A stretch of 63,554 nucleotides of DNA, the filler included, from Saprolegnia diclina VS20 (Eukaryota), in assembly GCF_000281045.1 (NCBI RefSeq). It is 10 parts of 3 records of this genome, joined end to end, with 100 filler letters (N's around TTAATTAATTAA, not from the genome) between each part and the next. Parts side by side here need not be neighbours in the genome. Positions count along the whole stretch, not along the records: positions 41,355 to 47,784 come from NW_008246070.1; positions 47,885 to 49,848 come from NW_008246070.1; positions 49,949 to 54,676 come from NW_008246070.1; positions 54,777 to 57,356 come from NW_008246070.1; positions 57,457 to 59,377 come from NW_008246071.1; 5 more parts are not named here. One strand, given 5' to 3'. The notes beneath the pieces are model-generated. The model was not told the origin of the DNA. It did no database searches and was given only the letters and a program-made list of their open reading frames with translations. Below, in pieces: positions 45,855 to 58,322 of the stretch. Positions within the stretch are counted from its first letter, which is position 1. Every line of letters starts with the position of its first letter. The position numbers and the translations under genes were made by a program.

Positions 45855-47764
45855 TCACGAGAGATACCCTGTCGCCACTTTCTCCGCAGCCAGTTCGTCA
45901 AGAAGCTTGTAGCTCGCCCGAGGCAAAATGGCGCCTTGTCCAACGTGCACGACGAGGATCGAGCCAACAGACTGGCTCCACAAGCGACGCAGCCGCGTCG
46001 ATGCCAAGAGGCGGTAGACACAGGTGTACGGGATGTTGCAGGTTCGTGTGAGGTGTCGATCTGAAACTTGGAGCATGCTCTTGATCAGTAAAAGCCCGGC
46101 GTCAACAGCAACCGCGCCGGCCTCATCCGTGTCACAGCAGCACTCGATCGACGTCGTGACCGACGCAAAGTCTTGAATGTTGAAGTAGCTGAGAATTGAG
46201 TTCGTTTCGGGCACTTGTACTGTGTGCTTATGAGCCGCTTGGCGAGACGATCGATAGATGTAGCCAATCGCAAGCAAAACGACGCCGCCCGAGAGAAGCG
46301 GCGAGAGCAAGTGAAGGCGAGGAAGCGCGTCGTACGCAAGGCAGTTGATTGTGGTCGCGAGCTGACACGTTCTCGGCACGGCGTTGCTTTGGGGCGCAAC
46401 GACAAACGCTTCAACGCAAAAGACCAGAAGCCAGTTGACGACACTGGCCACCAGAAGCAGCCACGTCTGCGTGACCAGTCGCGGGTTGAACCAGATCTGA
46501 ATCAGCGTCCCCGTCATGATACCAACGATCGATGCAACGAGGGCTGGACCGATGATCTGGTAGTAACTTGCGTAGGTGTAGCTCGGGTTCTGGTGCATAA
46601 ATGTGCTGAGTGTCTGGAGACTGTGATTGCCGTAGAAAGTCAGGAGCAAAATCACGGGCCCAATCACGTTCTTGGACAAGAAGACGGGCGCGCTGCAAAT
46701 GGCACTATGCCGTAGAAAGGCAAACTGCAGCCACACCAAGTAGACGGTCAGACACCAAAGCACGAGCGCGCTCTGAAGAAGGAGCGAGTCGCACGTCCAG
46801 AGCATCGTCATAAGACCTTTTTGTTGCAAGAGCCAGCCGCGTCCTGTAGCTTTGTTGAGCGTCGCACAGTTGCAAGCGCCAACAATATCCCAAGGGGCCA
46901 TGACCTGCACGACGCCGCCTTCGTACTCGGTGTTGATGGGCACGGGTTCCAGCTGCATTGGGGAGATGGGACCACCGAGGCACGTGGCAGCGTATCCGGG
47001 GCGGTAGTAGACGTCCCCGCGCCGGACAGCCCCAATGTACTGTATCTTGCCTTGGCTCACTTGGATCGCATACGTGGCAACGTCCAGGCCGACTTCGTTT
47101 TCGCAAACCCAATTCGGATCAAACGGTCGCTGCGAGCAAAAGGCGAGGGTGTCGACTACAGCGGAGGACGCCGGTGACTCTGGGGCAAAGAGCCGGACGC
47201 GGCGAATGAAGCACGTCATGGCGACATTATGGCCCGGGATCGAAAACTGCACCATCGCCTTGTTCCAGCCGCTGAGGTTGTTGATGTGCGAAATCACAAC
47301 GGTCTGGGCGGCATCCTGGAAGCGCGGCTGGTCAAAATTGGGAATCAGAGCAAACGCTTTCGCCACCCATTGCCAGATCTGGTTGGACCGAGGTACGAAA
47401 GCTGTCGCACACGTCTCGTCGCCCAAGCCGCACTTTTTGAAGAGGAGATCGCTGAGAGAGAGGGTCGCGTTGGGTTTTAACTTGGTCGAGAGCGGAAACG
47501 CCGTCGATGCTTGGAGTAGCGCGTTGATAGGAACGTGGAACTGGTTGGTCGTAAACGCCTCAAAGTTGAGGCCCATAAAGACAGGCGTGTTGGCGATCCT
47601 GCTGAGCTCGTACGTGCAGAACGCAACAAGAGACGCAAAGAAGAGGTACAGAAGCGAGAGCGCTATCCCTTGGCAGCGCACACGGCGGTATCTTGCGTGC
47701 TCGGTTGCAACTTTGACGCCGCGCCAGTCGAGCATGTTGTACGACTTGTTGTACCGACTAGTCA
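45855..47764 (-). CDS. Multi-pass membrane protein (family 1, paralog 3; start uncertain, near gap)
   Basis: 636-codon ORF: N-terminal TM, Cys-containing extracellular region, ~6 further TMs with FYGNHSLQTLSTF and SIVGIMTGTLIQIWFNP; ends TGYLS like paralog 2 (TGYLT). Confidence 0.8.
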
Positions 47765-48709
47765 ACTATAATTTTAGATCGGTANNNNNNNNNNNNNNNN
47801 NNNNNNNNNNNNNNNNNNNNNNNNNNNNTTAATTAATTAANNNNNNNNNNNNNNNNNNNNNNNNNNNNNNNNNNNNNNNNNNNNAACAGGATTCCAGACT
47901 TGATTCGATTTCCACACATTTCAATTTCCAATTTCCAACGCAGCGCCTCTTTCCCAAAACACAGGCTGTTGACGACCTCTGGATGGGACCAGCGATGGAA
48001 TTTGCAGTTGCAGTAGTCTCGCGCCATTGACTATTTTACAGGGTGCTTGGCAACACAACCAGATGTCGTTGCTTCTTGGCTGGATTGTGGCTGAAATTTT
48101 GGCCCATTTTTGTATTTTGTTCGATGCCCAAACGTGTCCAATAGCATCATTCGAAATGGGCAGAGTTATTGTGCGCTGTGGAGGGTAGGAGGGTACTAGT
48201 AGGATGGGGCCGGCGGGAGTGATAATGTGGGATAAGGAATTGTGGCAAGGGTTTCGTAAAGCTGCTAACATCACCCATCACCATCTGCTAAAACCGCGAC
48301 TCGAGACCACAGATGGCACCATCAAAGTCACCAGCATTTCGAGTGGCCACGTCACTCCGCACAGTAAAATGTGATGGTTTCAACGTCCACAGGCGCCGGC
48401 TTGTCCACGCTTTGGTTGTCCAGCGCACAGAAATCCCTACTGAAATGCACTGTATTTGGGCTCAACACACATACAGAGTCCTTCCAGCGCATAATACACT
48501 GTCAACGCTCAGCAAACACGCGTGCTCCGGAATCGTCACGTAACACGACTACGCCCTTCCTAGCAACGCCTTGTATCTTCTTGACCTTGAGTCCCAGCGC
48601 AGGGCGGTAGTACGTCACCATGTACGTTTGACAGCGCCCCCTCCAGTGTGTCCGACATGTCCCAAGCCTGACGGCTGTATCTTCAGCACCCGTGGGCAAC
48701 TGTAGCATC

Positions 48710-49718
48710 ATGGCTGAGGCTTGGTCGCCACTTGATCATTCGCCACAGACGCAGCAGCATGGTTGCGTGCGATCGGGCGGACGTTGAACAACTCACGCTC
48801 TCTTGTTGCTACTAGAAAGGACGATCCGTAGCGTGGACACTCGTACGACCAAGCCATCGCAAGCTTGCGCTGGCCGCGTTTGCCGCGTGCGCCTTTACGC
48901 TGCACACGATCGCGTTCAGTGGCGTGCCGCAGCGCCCGCTCTTGCGCAGCAAGGGCGAAGTGCTCTGGCCCAAAGCCTTGTACACGCGCATGGCCTCCGT
49001 GCGCAACGAGACACAAGGCGACGATCTCTTTGGCGACATTGTCCATCTCAACAACCTCAACGAAGCCTGCTTCCACGCCAACGACAGCATTGTGCACTGG
49101 GCGTTCAACAGCTCCGAAGTCAACCACACGGAGCTCTGGACGCGCGATGCCACGCCGCGGGACGAACTCATTGCGCACCTCGCGCAGTGCCCGGAAGTCG
49201 ACGTCTTCCTCCCCGCGGGCTTGCGCGACCACGGCTACTGCGAAGATGGCATGGCGTACGTCAAGTTTCTCAAAACCCGCGCGCTGCCGATTTGGGTCTT
49301 TGACTTGCGATTCGACTATGAAGGTAAGGACGCGCCGTCCCAACCTGAATCTCAATCTCACATTATGCCTTGCACGTGGCACAGGCCGCACCAACATCAA
49401 CTACTTCGACTTGTGCCCCAACACGGCACTGCTCTTTATGAACCACTACAGGCAAGCGTGATGCCCCCCAACCCGTACGACTCTGCCATGATGCACCAAG
49501 TTCGAACCGGTATGCGTAGGAACCAGCTCTTGAGCATCTATGGCGGCATGGAGTGGAACGTGACCTCCGACGCGATCTGCAACGCGGTCGAGAAGGTGCT
49601 TGCCATGACGCCAGCCGAGCGAGAGGCGCTCGGCATGCATGGGCGTCTCCGCTACGAGCAGCAGCTCGTCGAGTTCAAGGCCACGATGCGCCATGTTCGG
49701 ACGCTCTTTGACCTGTAG
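48710..49718 (+). pseudogene. Type II membrane glycosyltransferase-like gene with an apparent internal deletion
   Basis: N-terminal TM, CPEVDVFLPAGLRDHGYCED..YFDLCPNTALLFMNHY, then an abrupt jump to a GT-B-like tail (AICNAVEKVLAMTPAEREALGMHGRLRY); no central donor-binding region. Confidence 0.5.
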
Positions 49719-49928
49719 CCAACAGACCGTCGTTGCTGGCACGAAGCGTCGTCGCTCTGGCGATTTGTCTGTAAATCATTGTCCTGTCCAACGAATGGCG
49801 CTAACTAGGGTTAACCTCGTGTTTTCTTGGGGCAGGTTTTGGTCGAGCNNNNNNNNNNNNNNNNNNNNNNNNNNNNNNNNNNNNNNNNNNNNTTAATTAA
49901 TTAANNNNNNNNNNNNNNNNNNNNNNNN

Positions 49929-51297
49929 NNNNNNNNNNNNNNNNNNNNGTTCTTTGGACCTTGATATGTGGTGAGGAGGTCACCGCTGAGCAGCAAGAGC
50001 GTCATGATGGCGAAAATGACTTGAATTGCGACGAGTTCGTTGGCGTTGGCGACCGTGTGCCCGCAGTTCCAGCCCGGCACGATGGGCAATTTCGAGTGTG
50101 CCCCTACACGAGGTTTGGTCAAATAGTACCTCAAGAGACGTCAGCACCTTGGCTCCACCCCGTGAGCTCCAGAGCCGAGATCTGCCCCGTTAGCTCCTCG
50201 ATCTCGGTGTGGCACGCCGACGTGACCAAGTACCTAGTGGCTCACGATATGCTCGGGCTAGGGTACATGAGTTGCTACATACCGGTTGCCAAGGGGCCGA
50301 GACGTAATGATATAGTCCGAGCCAAGGACGTCATCTTCAATGCCTCCCGCTTGCGAGATCACTGTTCGCTTGACGTTCTGAAGTAGGGGCGCCACGGATC
50401 CGTCCGTGTTGACGTAGCTTTGGACGAGCTGTCGTGTGGTGAGAGTGTATAATCACCGTCAGACTGAACGCACCTGCATTTCTGGCGTCAGGTCCGAGTA
50501 GAGCGTCATGAGGTAGACGCCGTCCGGGTGATTTTCGCGGATCTATCGTACATTATCGCCACAAATCCGAAAAATGAATCAAAATACCGTCGTTTCGATC
50601 ATCGCCATGCCCGCGACGGGCTGCGCGCCGTTTGTCGGCAAACACTCGGGGAAGCCAGTGTACCTACGCCCATCATAGTAAAACGGGTGTCACTACACAC
50701 GCTCGTACCCGGCGATGAACTCGAGGTTGGCCCACCCCACGGCCGCGGTGCCACCAATGCTGCACGTCGTGATGTACAGCGAACTTGCTACGGGCATATA
50801 TGAGATCTTTGCGAGCAAAAGCTGAGAACCTTTCGCAAGTTCGAGCGACCACTGCTGCGCGAGGGCGACGCCGACGGCCGTCCACGCCGCCGGTACAATC
50901 GCGCTTTCCTCCACGGCCGAGCACCTATTATTCATATTCGTCACCTCCGACACATGACACCTCGTCGTCAGTGTACGTGTTGGGTACAAAGCCGTTGGCA
51001 TTGAGCATGCAGTTTTGGCCGTAGGGCGCCCAGAAGAAGCCCTCAGTCTGCGCATTCGCCGACACGATCGTGCGGGCAAACATGTGCTAATGCAAGAGAT
51101 ACTGAGATGTCATGACGAGAGCGAAAATGGTAGGGGTACTGCACCTGGGAGAGAAGCACGATGAGCGTAGCAACCGAGAGGAAGACGAGGGCACCAGCGA
51201 CGAGGTTGGAGAGGATACGCGTCAGCGCCACGTACGACTTTTGATTTTCTTGCGCGCCCTTGTCGATGCGAGAGTTCGTGCCGACACGCACCGACAT
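49929..51297 (-). CDS. 5' part of a multi-exon membrane protein (family 2); 3' end in gap
   Basis: TM exon RILSNLVAGALVFLSVATLIVLLSQ; exon AHSKLPIVPGWNCGHTVANANELVAIQVIF shared with 53045-54676. Confidence 0.65.
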
Positions 51298-51791
51298 GTT
51301 GCCGCTGCCGCCATGCTAACCACCGCATTCGGCTACATCGTTTAGGAGCCGAGTACGTACGAAGGACTGGATCCGGTACGCAAGGCCGCGCACGTTCTGC
51401 AGCATTTCGTCACTCGCACACTGATCAACCGCCGCTCGAGGTATAAGAATAGAAAGACCACAGCAATGGCGCCGCATTATGGCGCCGCATCACGCCTTTT
51501 GCGACGTCAACAAACTAAATTTGGCGATCGACTAAGTGTGTTCCACGTCACGCCCAGTAAGCTGGTCCGGGTGGAAAACGGCGTAAGCATCATTTTCGAC
51601 TAGATAACGCTCGGGTTCGAACAAAGTTGATGCGTTTGCTACAATACATCATCCCGGACCTCGCAGTCCGAGAACGAGAACGGAGCGCGTTCCGGAGCGG
51701 TTAAAGCGTCTCCGTAGCGTCCACCCGCCGTCGGTTCGCGAGGTGGGCCCTCAAAATAGCAAGCGCGAGAGCACGCAACACACTTGCAGAA

Positions 51792-52789
51792 ATGCGCCGC
51801 TTCGTGTTCACGGTAGCGATGGCTGTCATCGTCAGCGCACAGCTGGAAGATGGCGGGTTCAATACGATTTGCGGCATCGACTTCAACACGTGGCAGCCCT
51901 ACGGCCCCGACACCCCCACGGCCGCCGTGTGCGCATTCAGCAATGCGGCGACGCGGGAGCTGTATACACACACACGAGCCGCTGCCCGCGTCCGTAACAC
52001 TGGCAATCGTCTCTGTGGTGCGTGGCTCTGGGGCTCGCAAGGGCACGTCATCACGTCCTCGTCGTGTATCGGTGCGCTGCTTGTGTCATTTGCAACTCCA
52101 AGCTAATGAATGGACGTTAGACAGCAGCAAAAACGCCACGCTGACCGTCGACTTCAACGCTGAGTCGCCCACGTGCATCGACGACACCACGGTCGAGTGC
52201 CACGGACAGACGCGACTCCAGCACGCGCCACGTGTTTTGCATGTCAACCCCAAGATCGGATATGCCCTCTTGCAATTGGACGCTGTCGACGCCCGCACGG
52301 TCTTGCCCTTGTACGGGTACCTCCAAGCGACTCTGAACGTCGCTGCCGGTGCGCGCATCTACGTGGCAGGGCAATCCAGCAACAGCTGTAAGCGTCTCTT
52401 GACTAAAAACACCCATGCCGAGTCGCTAGTCGTGACGCAAACCGACTTCAAGTCGGGCAGAGCTCCCGCAACGCATGTCTGATGGTCTATGGTGTAGAAT
52501 GCTGCCAGGGATGTCGTCGTGCTCTTCGGCGAGCTTGCTTGCGTATGGGACGAACCTCGACGTCCGGTCGCATGGGTCGCCCGTGCTGCTCCAAGCGACC
52601 CACACCGTGGTCGGTGTCAACGTCTGTGACGACAACGCCAACTGTCAAAACGCTGCGGTGCCAATGGCAACAATTGTCCAAGAGCTGAAGCCAAGAGGCC
52701 TCGTGCCGGCCAATGGCATCGTGACCAAGGTACCCGTCCCCGTGGTGTCGACCTATGATGACCCAACCAAGACCAACAAGAACAAATGA
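51792..52789 (+). CDS. Secreted trypsin/lysyl-endopeptidase-fold protein lacking the catalytic triad (3 exons)
   Basis: Signal peptide; ICG.D, RAAARV..G..CGAWLWGSQGHVITSSSCI, VDFNAE..C, YALLQL, YGYL, GARIYV, HGSPVL..HTVVG..C..C.N scaffold. Confidence 0.72.
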
Positions 52790-53044
52790 GTTGAGAGTGT
52801 CATCGATACGCTTTTGCATTTTCCCAAATTTATTAGTGTCCAAACCAGCTCAAAACGTGACACTTTGGTCTGCAGCACGGCGCCGTGCAAAAACCCTACC
52901 CCTTGCCACTCGCGACACGCTCAAAAGGCACTATCAATCTGCGTNNNNNNNNNNNNNNNNNNNNNNNNNNNNNNNNNNNNNNNNNNNNNNNNNNNNNNNN
53001 NNNNNNNNNNNNNNNNNNNNNNNNNNNNNNNNNNNNNNNNNNNN

Positions 53045-54676
53045 CTGACGCCAGAAATGCAGGTGCGTTCAGTCTGACGGTGATTATACACTCTCACCAC
53101 ACGACAGCTCGTCCAAAGCTACGTCAACACGGACGGGTCCGTGGCGCCCCTCATTCAGAACGTCAAGCGAACAGTGATCACGCAAGCGGGTGGCATTGAA
53201 GATGACGTCCTTGGCTCGGACTATATCATTACGTCACGCCCGCTTGGCAACCGGTATGTAGCAGCTCCTGTACCCTAGCCCGAGCATATCGTGAGCTACT
53301 AGGTACTTGGTCACGTCGGCGTGCCACACCGAGATCGAAGAGCTCTCGGGGCAGATCTCAGCCCTAGGACTCACCGGCTGGAGCCAAGGTACACTTACGA
53401 TCTATGGATGATCGAGTACTAAGGACAACGGGTGTAGGGGCACACTCGAAATTACCCATCGTACCGGGCTGGAACTGCGGGCACACGGTCGCCAACGCCA
53501 ACGAACTCATCGCAATTCAAGTCATTTTCGCCATCATGACGCTCTTGCTGCTCAGCGGTGACCTCCTCACCACATATCAAGGTACAAAGAACCGACATCC
53601 TATCATGTACTATATACAAGGGCTAGGGCTCAAGGGTGTTTTGGGCGGGAAGCCCGTGCTTACGTACGCGATTCTCTCGGGTCTCGAGCGGCGCAAGGTG
53701 CAGCTCTGCCCTACCCGCGGTTTCTAATCTACAGCTATGGGTGTAGCTGCTCCTTGTCTGCATCCTCGTCAATGCGATGCCCGGTCTTCTCTACATGGAC
53801 GTCTCGCGCATCTACTACTTTACAGACAACGGCTTCAAGATCTGGAGCCTCTCGACGGCAATGATGGCCAGCTTTGTGAGCTTCTCATGGTTTGGCATCC
53901 TCAGGTTCTCTCGTCTCGGTCTCGACACGGTTTGTTGACCGCGCAGGGTAGCATCACGGACCTTCTTTTGTCACCGCTCCGACCGCTCTTCCGCGGGTAC
54001 TGCCTCAGCTACTCGGCGCCGCTCTACATGTACGCGTCGCTGATTGCGATTTTCTGGAGCTGTGCGGGCGACCGGACGGTCTTTCAAACGGTCTACAACG
54101 CGTTCTTTGCGGCGCCGCCGTTCATAGGTATCTCTCCACTCGTTCTTCATTTGCTAGACTAGAGTAGGCTTGTACATCAACAATGCGACGTGGCCCAGCG
54201 GCGCATACGTCGCCGAAGGCACGCCCGCTGTGATCACGGGGCTCGAGTCGCAGATCCTCGTGCCGCTTTTTGCGTCCTGGGCCGCTTCGCTCGGATGGCA
54301 AACGCTCCATCGCCTCGTTTACCACCGCCGGTTCGTATTCTGCATACGACCACGTCTCAGGCGTCCAATGGACTAGCTTTTTTCTGCACACGAGCTGGTG
54401 CAGCACCAACTCGTTCCTCTCGCACGTAATGCCACCCACGTGCTTGACGACGCTGCCGCTCGAGCAGTCGAATGCCATCAAGATCGGCAACCGCGTCTTT
54501 TGCAAGCCAAGGTATTTTCTCGATTTCGAATGCAATTCCCAGTGTATTTGTGTACCACCATGGCACTCTTGGGCTATGCGTGCGTCGTCGAATCCAAGTA
54601 CGTGCTGTGGACACCCTAGGCATGGCGCTCATGGCGCGGATGCAGCAATGGCCCCGCGGGTCGCAAACAGAGCATG
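53045..54676 (+). CDS. 3' part of a multi-exon membrane protein (family 2); both ends at gaps
   Basis: GWNCGH, GLKGVLGGKPVLTYAILSGLERRK, several TM exons, WCSTNSFL, TTLPLEQSNAIKIGNRVFCKP. Confidence 0.7.
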
Positions 54677-54776
54677 NNNNNNNNNNNNNNNNNNNNNNNN
54701 NNNNNNNNNNNNNNNNNNNNTTAATTAATTAANNNNNNNNNNNNNNNNNNNNNNNNNNNNNNNNNNNNNNNNNNNN

Positions 54777-57356
54777 CAAATGGCGGCCAGACCCCGTACT
54801 TCTTGGTGCACAAGGCACACCCCACACTGCAATACCTGCGTGTGTTTGGCTGTGTTGCCTGGGTCCACGTGCAAATACCTGCGCGCTCGGACAAACTCGA
54901 CGCACGCGCTTTGCGCTGCATTTACATTGGCGTTCCTCCGAATCGCCAGGGCTTCCAGTTGATGGTCCCGGAGACTCATCGTCTTATTGACAGTCGCGAC
55001 GTTATTTTCCGTGAAGATGAGTTCTACCCTATCGCGACGATTGAGGCTGCCGCTTTGGCACGCCGTACCACCGATGCGTCGCAGGGCCATCCAAATGGTC
55101 CTAAGCCTGCCACTGTGGCTTTTCCGCCACCAGTACCGACCGCGACTTTCCAGTCGTCGGACTCGGCTTCTGCACCTGTGCGCTCGGTCCATGACCTTAG
55201 CTCGACTGCGACTACTTCCTTGGCACCCACGACCTTGGAAGCGGCTCAACCAGGAGCGGCGCAACAGGTCCTACCTTTAGCGGTCCGTCCGCGGGATGCA
55301 CCCGTTGGTGACGCTATGCGATATGTCTCCGCGATGCCTCAGGGCGTGCAAGCACCACCAGGTCAACCTTCCGTTCGGTCGACTCCTAGTCCCGCGGAGC
55401 CTGGCAGTAGTGTCTTCGCACCAACCCTGGAGGATGCAAGCATCTCTGCGCATACTCGTGGCGATACTGCGCCTACAATCCCGGCTCAGCCGACGCGGCA
55501 ACGTACACACGACCTACTGCCGGATACCTGTCCTCCGTCTGCAAGACATCCAGGCTCGAGCGCCCACTCGGATGACCGCTGGCCCCGGTCGAGTGGCGAC
55601 TCTGGCGTCGCTGGCTCTCAATACTCTTCGACCTCGTCGTTGCAGTCGCATCCGACTCCGCCCTCTACTGCGGATGTTAGCTCTACTCGTCTGCTGCGTG
55701 ACTCCGGTCTACATAGCACCCAAGCGGTCCCTCCGCTGGTGGCGCAGGAATCAGACACCCACGATCTCCTTGACCCCTCAACGCAACAAGAACCAGTCCC
55801 TTGGTTCACGTCCGTTGACGAGATCGGCGATACGGAAACGTACAACATGGCGTTTACGTCGTTCCATTTGCCCCCACTCTCAATTAGGGAGGCCAACATG
55901 CTGTGGGCAAACTGGGAGGCGACTCGACCTCGACAGACCCGCTACAAGCGCGTCTCTTTCGACTCTGCTACTTACGTAGTCTACTTTTCTGAGTCTCAGC
56001 CGCCTTCGGCGATGCTCAACCCTTTCCGTGCACAATCTGCGCCCATCTACGACGATGAGGACATTCCGTCTGACATGATCGGGCCGCACGCTCTTTCTGC
56101 AGTGCACACTGCACCTGTGGCAATTCCGCCACCTGAAATCGTCATTCCACTGGCGCTCGTCTCGACTTCTACGTCGGACGACCCTGTCGACGTTACAGAC
56201 GTCCCGGGCTATGCGACTCTCACCAACATGGACGAGTATGGCGATCTCGATGAGACTGCACCCAACACATGGGCCGAAGCTATGCGCAGCCATGAGCGTG
56301 AGCACTGGCTCGCCGCTGCCCACGAGGAGTACCAATCTCTCCTTCGCAACAACACGTGGCGCATGGTCTCGAAGCTCCGTGCCCAGCGCAACGGTCCCGT
56401 GACTGTTCTACCTACGCGGTGGGTGTTCACTCGCAAGCTCAAAGCTGACGGCTCGATCGACCGCTACAAAGCGCGTCTCGTCGTTCAGGGCTTCCGCCAA
56501 AAGGCTGGAATCGACTACGATGAGATTTTCAGCCCCGTCGTGCGCATGGAGGTTCTCCGTTTGCTCTTCACGATCGCGGCGCTCGAAAACTACGAAATCA
56601 TCCAAATGGACGTGAAAACAGCGTTCCTGAACGGCCTCCTCCCTGAGGACCCGGCCATATACATCAAGCTCCCCTCGGGCATTCCAACACCAGATCCATC
56701 GTTGCTTTGCCAGCTTCTCAGAGCTCTTTACGGCCTGAAGCAAAGCCCACGCATCTGGTACGAGACCTTCGTCCAGTTCATGGAGTCCATCGGGTTTACC
56801 CGTACGCGCAAAGACCGCTGCGTCTTCACCAAGCGCTACGATGGACGTCTCGACTACATCAGTCTCTACGTCGATGATCTCTTGATTTTTGCACCCACGC
56901 GTGCCATCGCCAACGAGATTCGTGCGGTCCTTAAGGCCAAATTCCAGATGAGCGACCTTGGTGATGTCGCCTTCATCCTTGGCTGGCAGATCATCCGTGA
57001 TCGCCGCAACCGCACCATCTTCATCCATCAGACAAAGTACATCTCGGAGCTTCTCGCCCGGTACAACTGTCTCGAAGGCCACTGGGCTCCTACACCACTA
57101 GAACCGAACCAGGACCTATCGTCCGTCAACAAGGACTCGGACCCGAAGCGGGTCGCTACGCTTGCGACGTACATTCCCTATCGGTCCGCCGTTGGCTCGC
57201 TCATGTACCTCGTACTTGGCACTCGCCCGGACCTGGCTCATGCTGTCCAACAGCTTAGCCAGTACTTGAATAGTCCTGCACTTGGCCACTACCGTGCCGT
57301 GCAACACGTTCTCGCGTACCTCCGCGGTACACGCACCATGGGCCTTACCCTTGGTG
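54777..57356 (+). mobile_element. Ty1/Copia LTR retrotransposon pol fragment (post-integrase SH3-like region plus reverse transcriptase), uninterrupted frame
   Basis: LRVFGCVAWVHV..SDKLDARA..CIYIG; RWVFTRK..RYKARLVVQGFRQKAGIDYDEIFSPV; QMDVKTAFLNG; ALYGLKQSPR; LYVDDLLI; YRSAVGSLMYL..TRPDL. Confidence 0.96.
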
Positions 57357-57879
57357 NNNNNNNNNNNNNNNNNNNNNNNNNNNNNNNNNNNNNNNNNNNN
57401 TTAATTAATTAANNNNNNNNNNNNNNNNNNNNNNNNNNNNNNNNNNNNNNNNNNNNGCCTAGACAAAAGTCAACGCTCGACCTTCGCTGCGCTGCGGTGC
57501 GCAGACTTTTCCGGGCCAACGCGCCGTCGTCGCTTGCTGCAGTCTTCGCGCGCTTCTGCAATCGCACCTAACTGGAAAGTTGCGTGAATTTCGGTTAAGT
57601 ACGCAGGCGCACTTCAGCGCAATTGTTTTACTTTGATCAACTATAATGTCCGGTGATGTGACAGCACTTAACAGGGACTACAAAATCGCACTTCACGGGA
57701 CAGGTTTCGCGCGATGCGATTGGCTTAAACCAATGAAACTGCGTTTCATTGGCCAAAATGGATTGTATTATAGCCAATGGGTTGGCCAGAAAATACGAAT
57801 TAATCCCCTGGGATGCTGGTACACCACGTAAACGTTCCTGCCAGGAAAATGCAACTGCAAATGAGCATGCCTGCCTTCG

Positions 57880-58009
57880 GCTACGACCACAAGCGATCGT
57901 GTTCACCGACGCGCCTTGACACAACCGCTAAAATTTGACACAGCCGCTATAAAATTTATAGCGGTTGTGTCAAGGCGCGTCGGTGAACACGATCGCTTCT
58001 GGTCGTAGC
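57880..58009. repeat. Long palindrome with 51-bp arms and a duplicated tip unit
   Basis: 57880-57930 vs 57959-58009, 1 mismatch; interior repeats ttgacaca(a/g)ccgcta; centre gctataaa-a-tttatagc. Confidence 0.95.
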
Positions 58010-58322
58010 TAAAGGACAGTTTACGCCGTGTGCTAGCCTCGCGCGCTTCATTGCACAGCCGCGCATCTCCACCACATAACGTTAGTCCTACACATCTATC
58101 AAGCAGACGAGCTCATTTTGGTTCCGACGCAGTATCTCTTTACCGGTTGAACAGGCTGGATACTGTGACATCGATGTGTCCCGCGCGATTCAATCGACGC
58201 CATGGACACTCTTGAGAGATAGTACTGCTTCTGATATGCATGCTGGCTGCGGAGAGATGCGATGACGAGGAAGGTACACATACATGGTTCTAAATTGGTC
58301 GCGATTCAAGCGCAAGCTCGGA

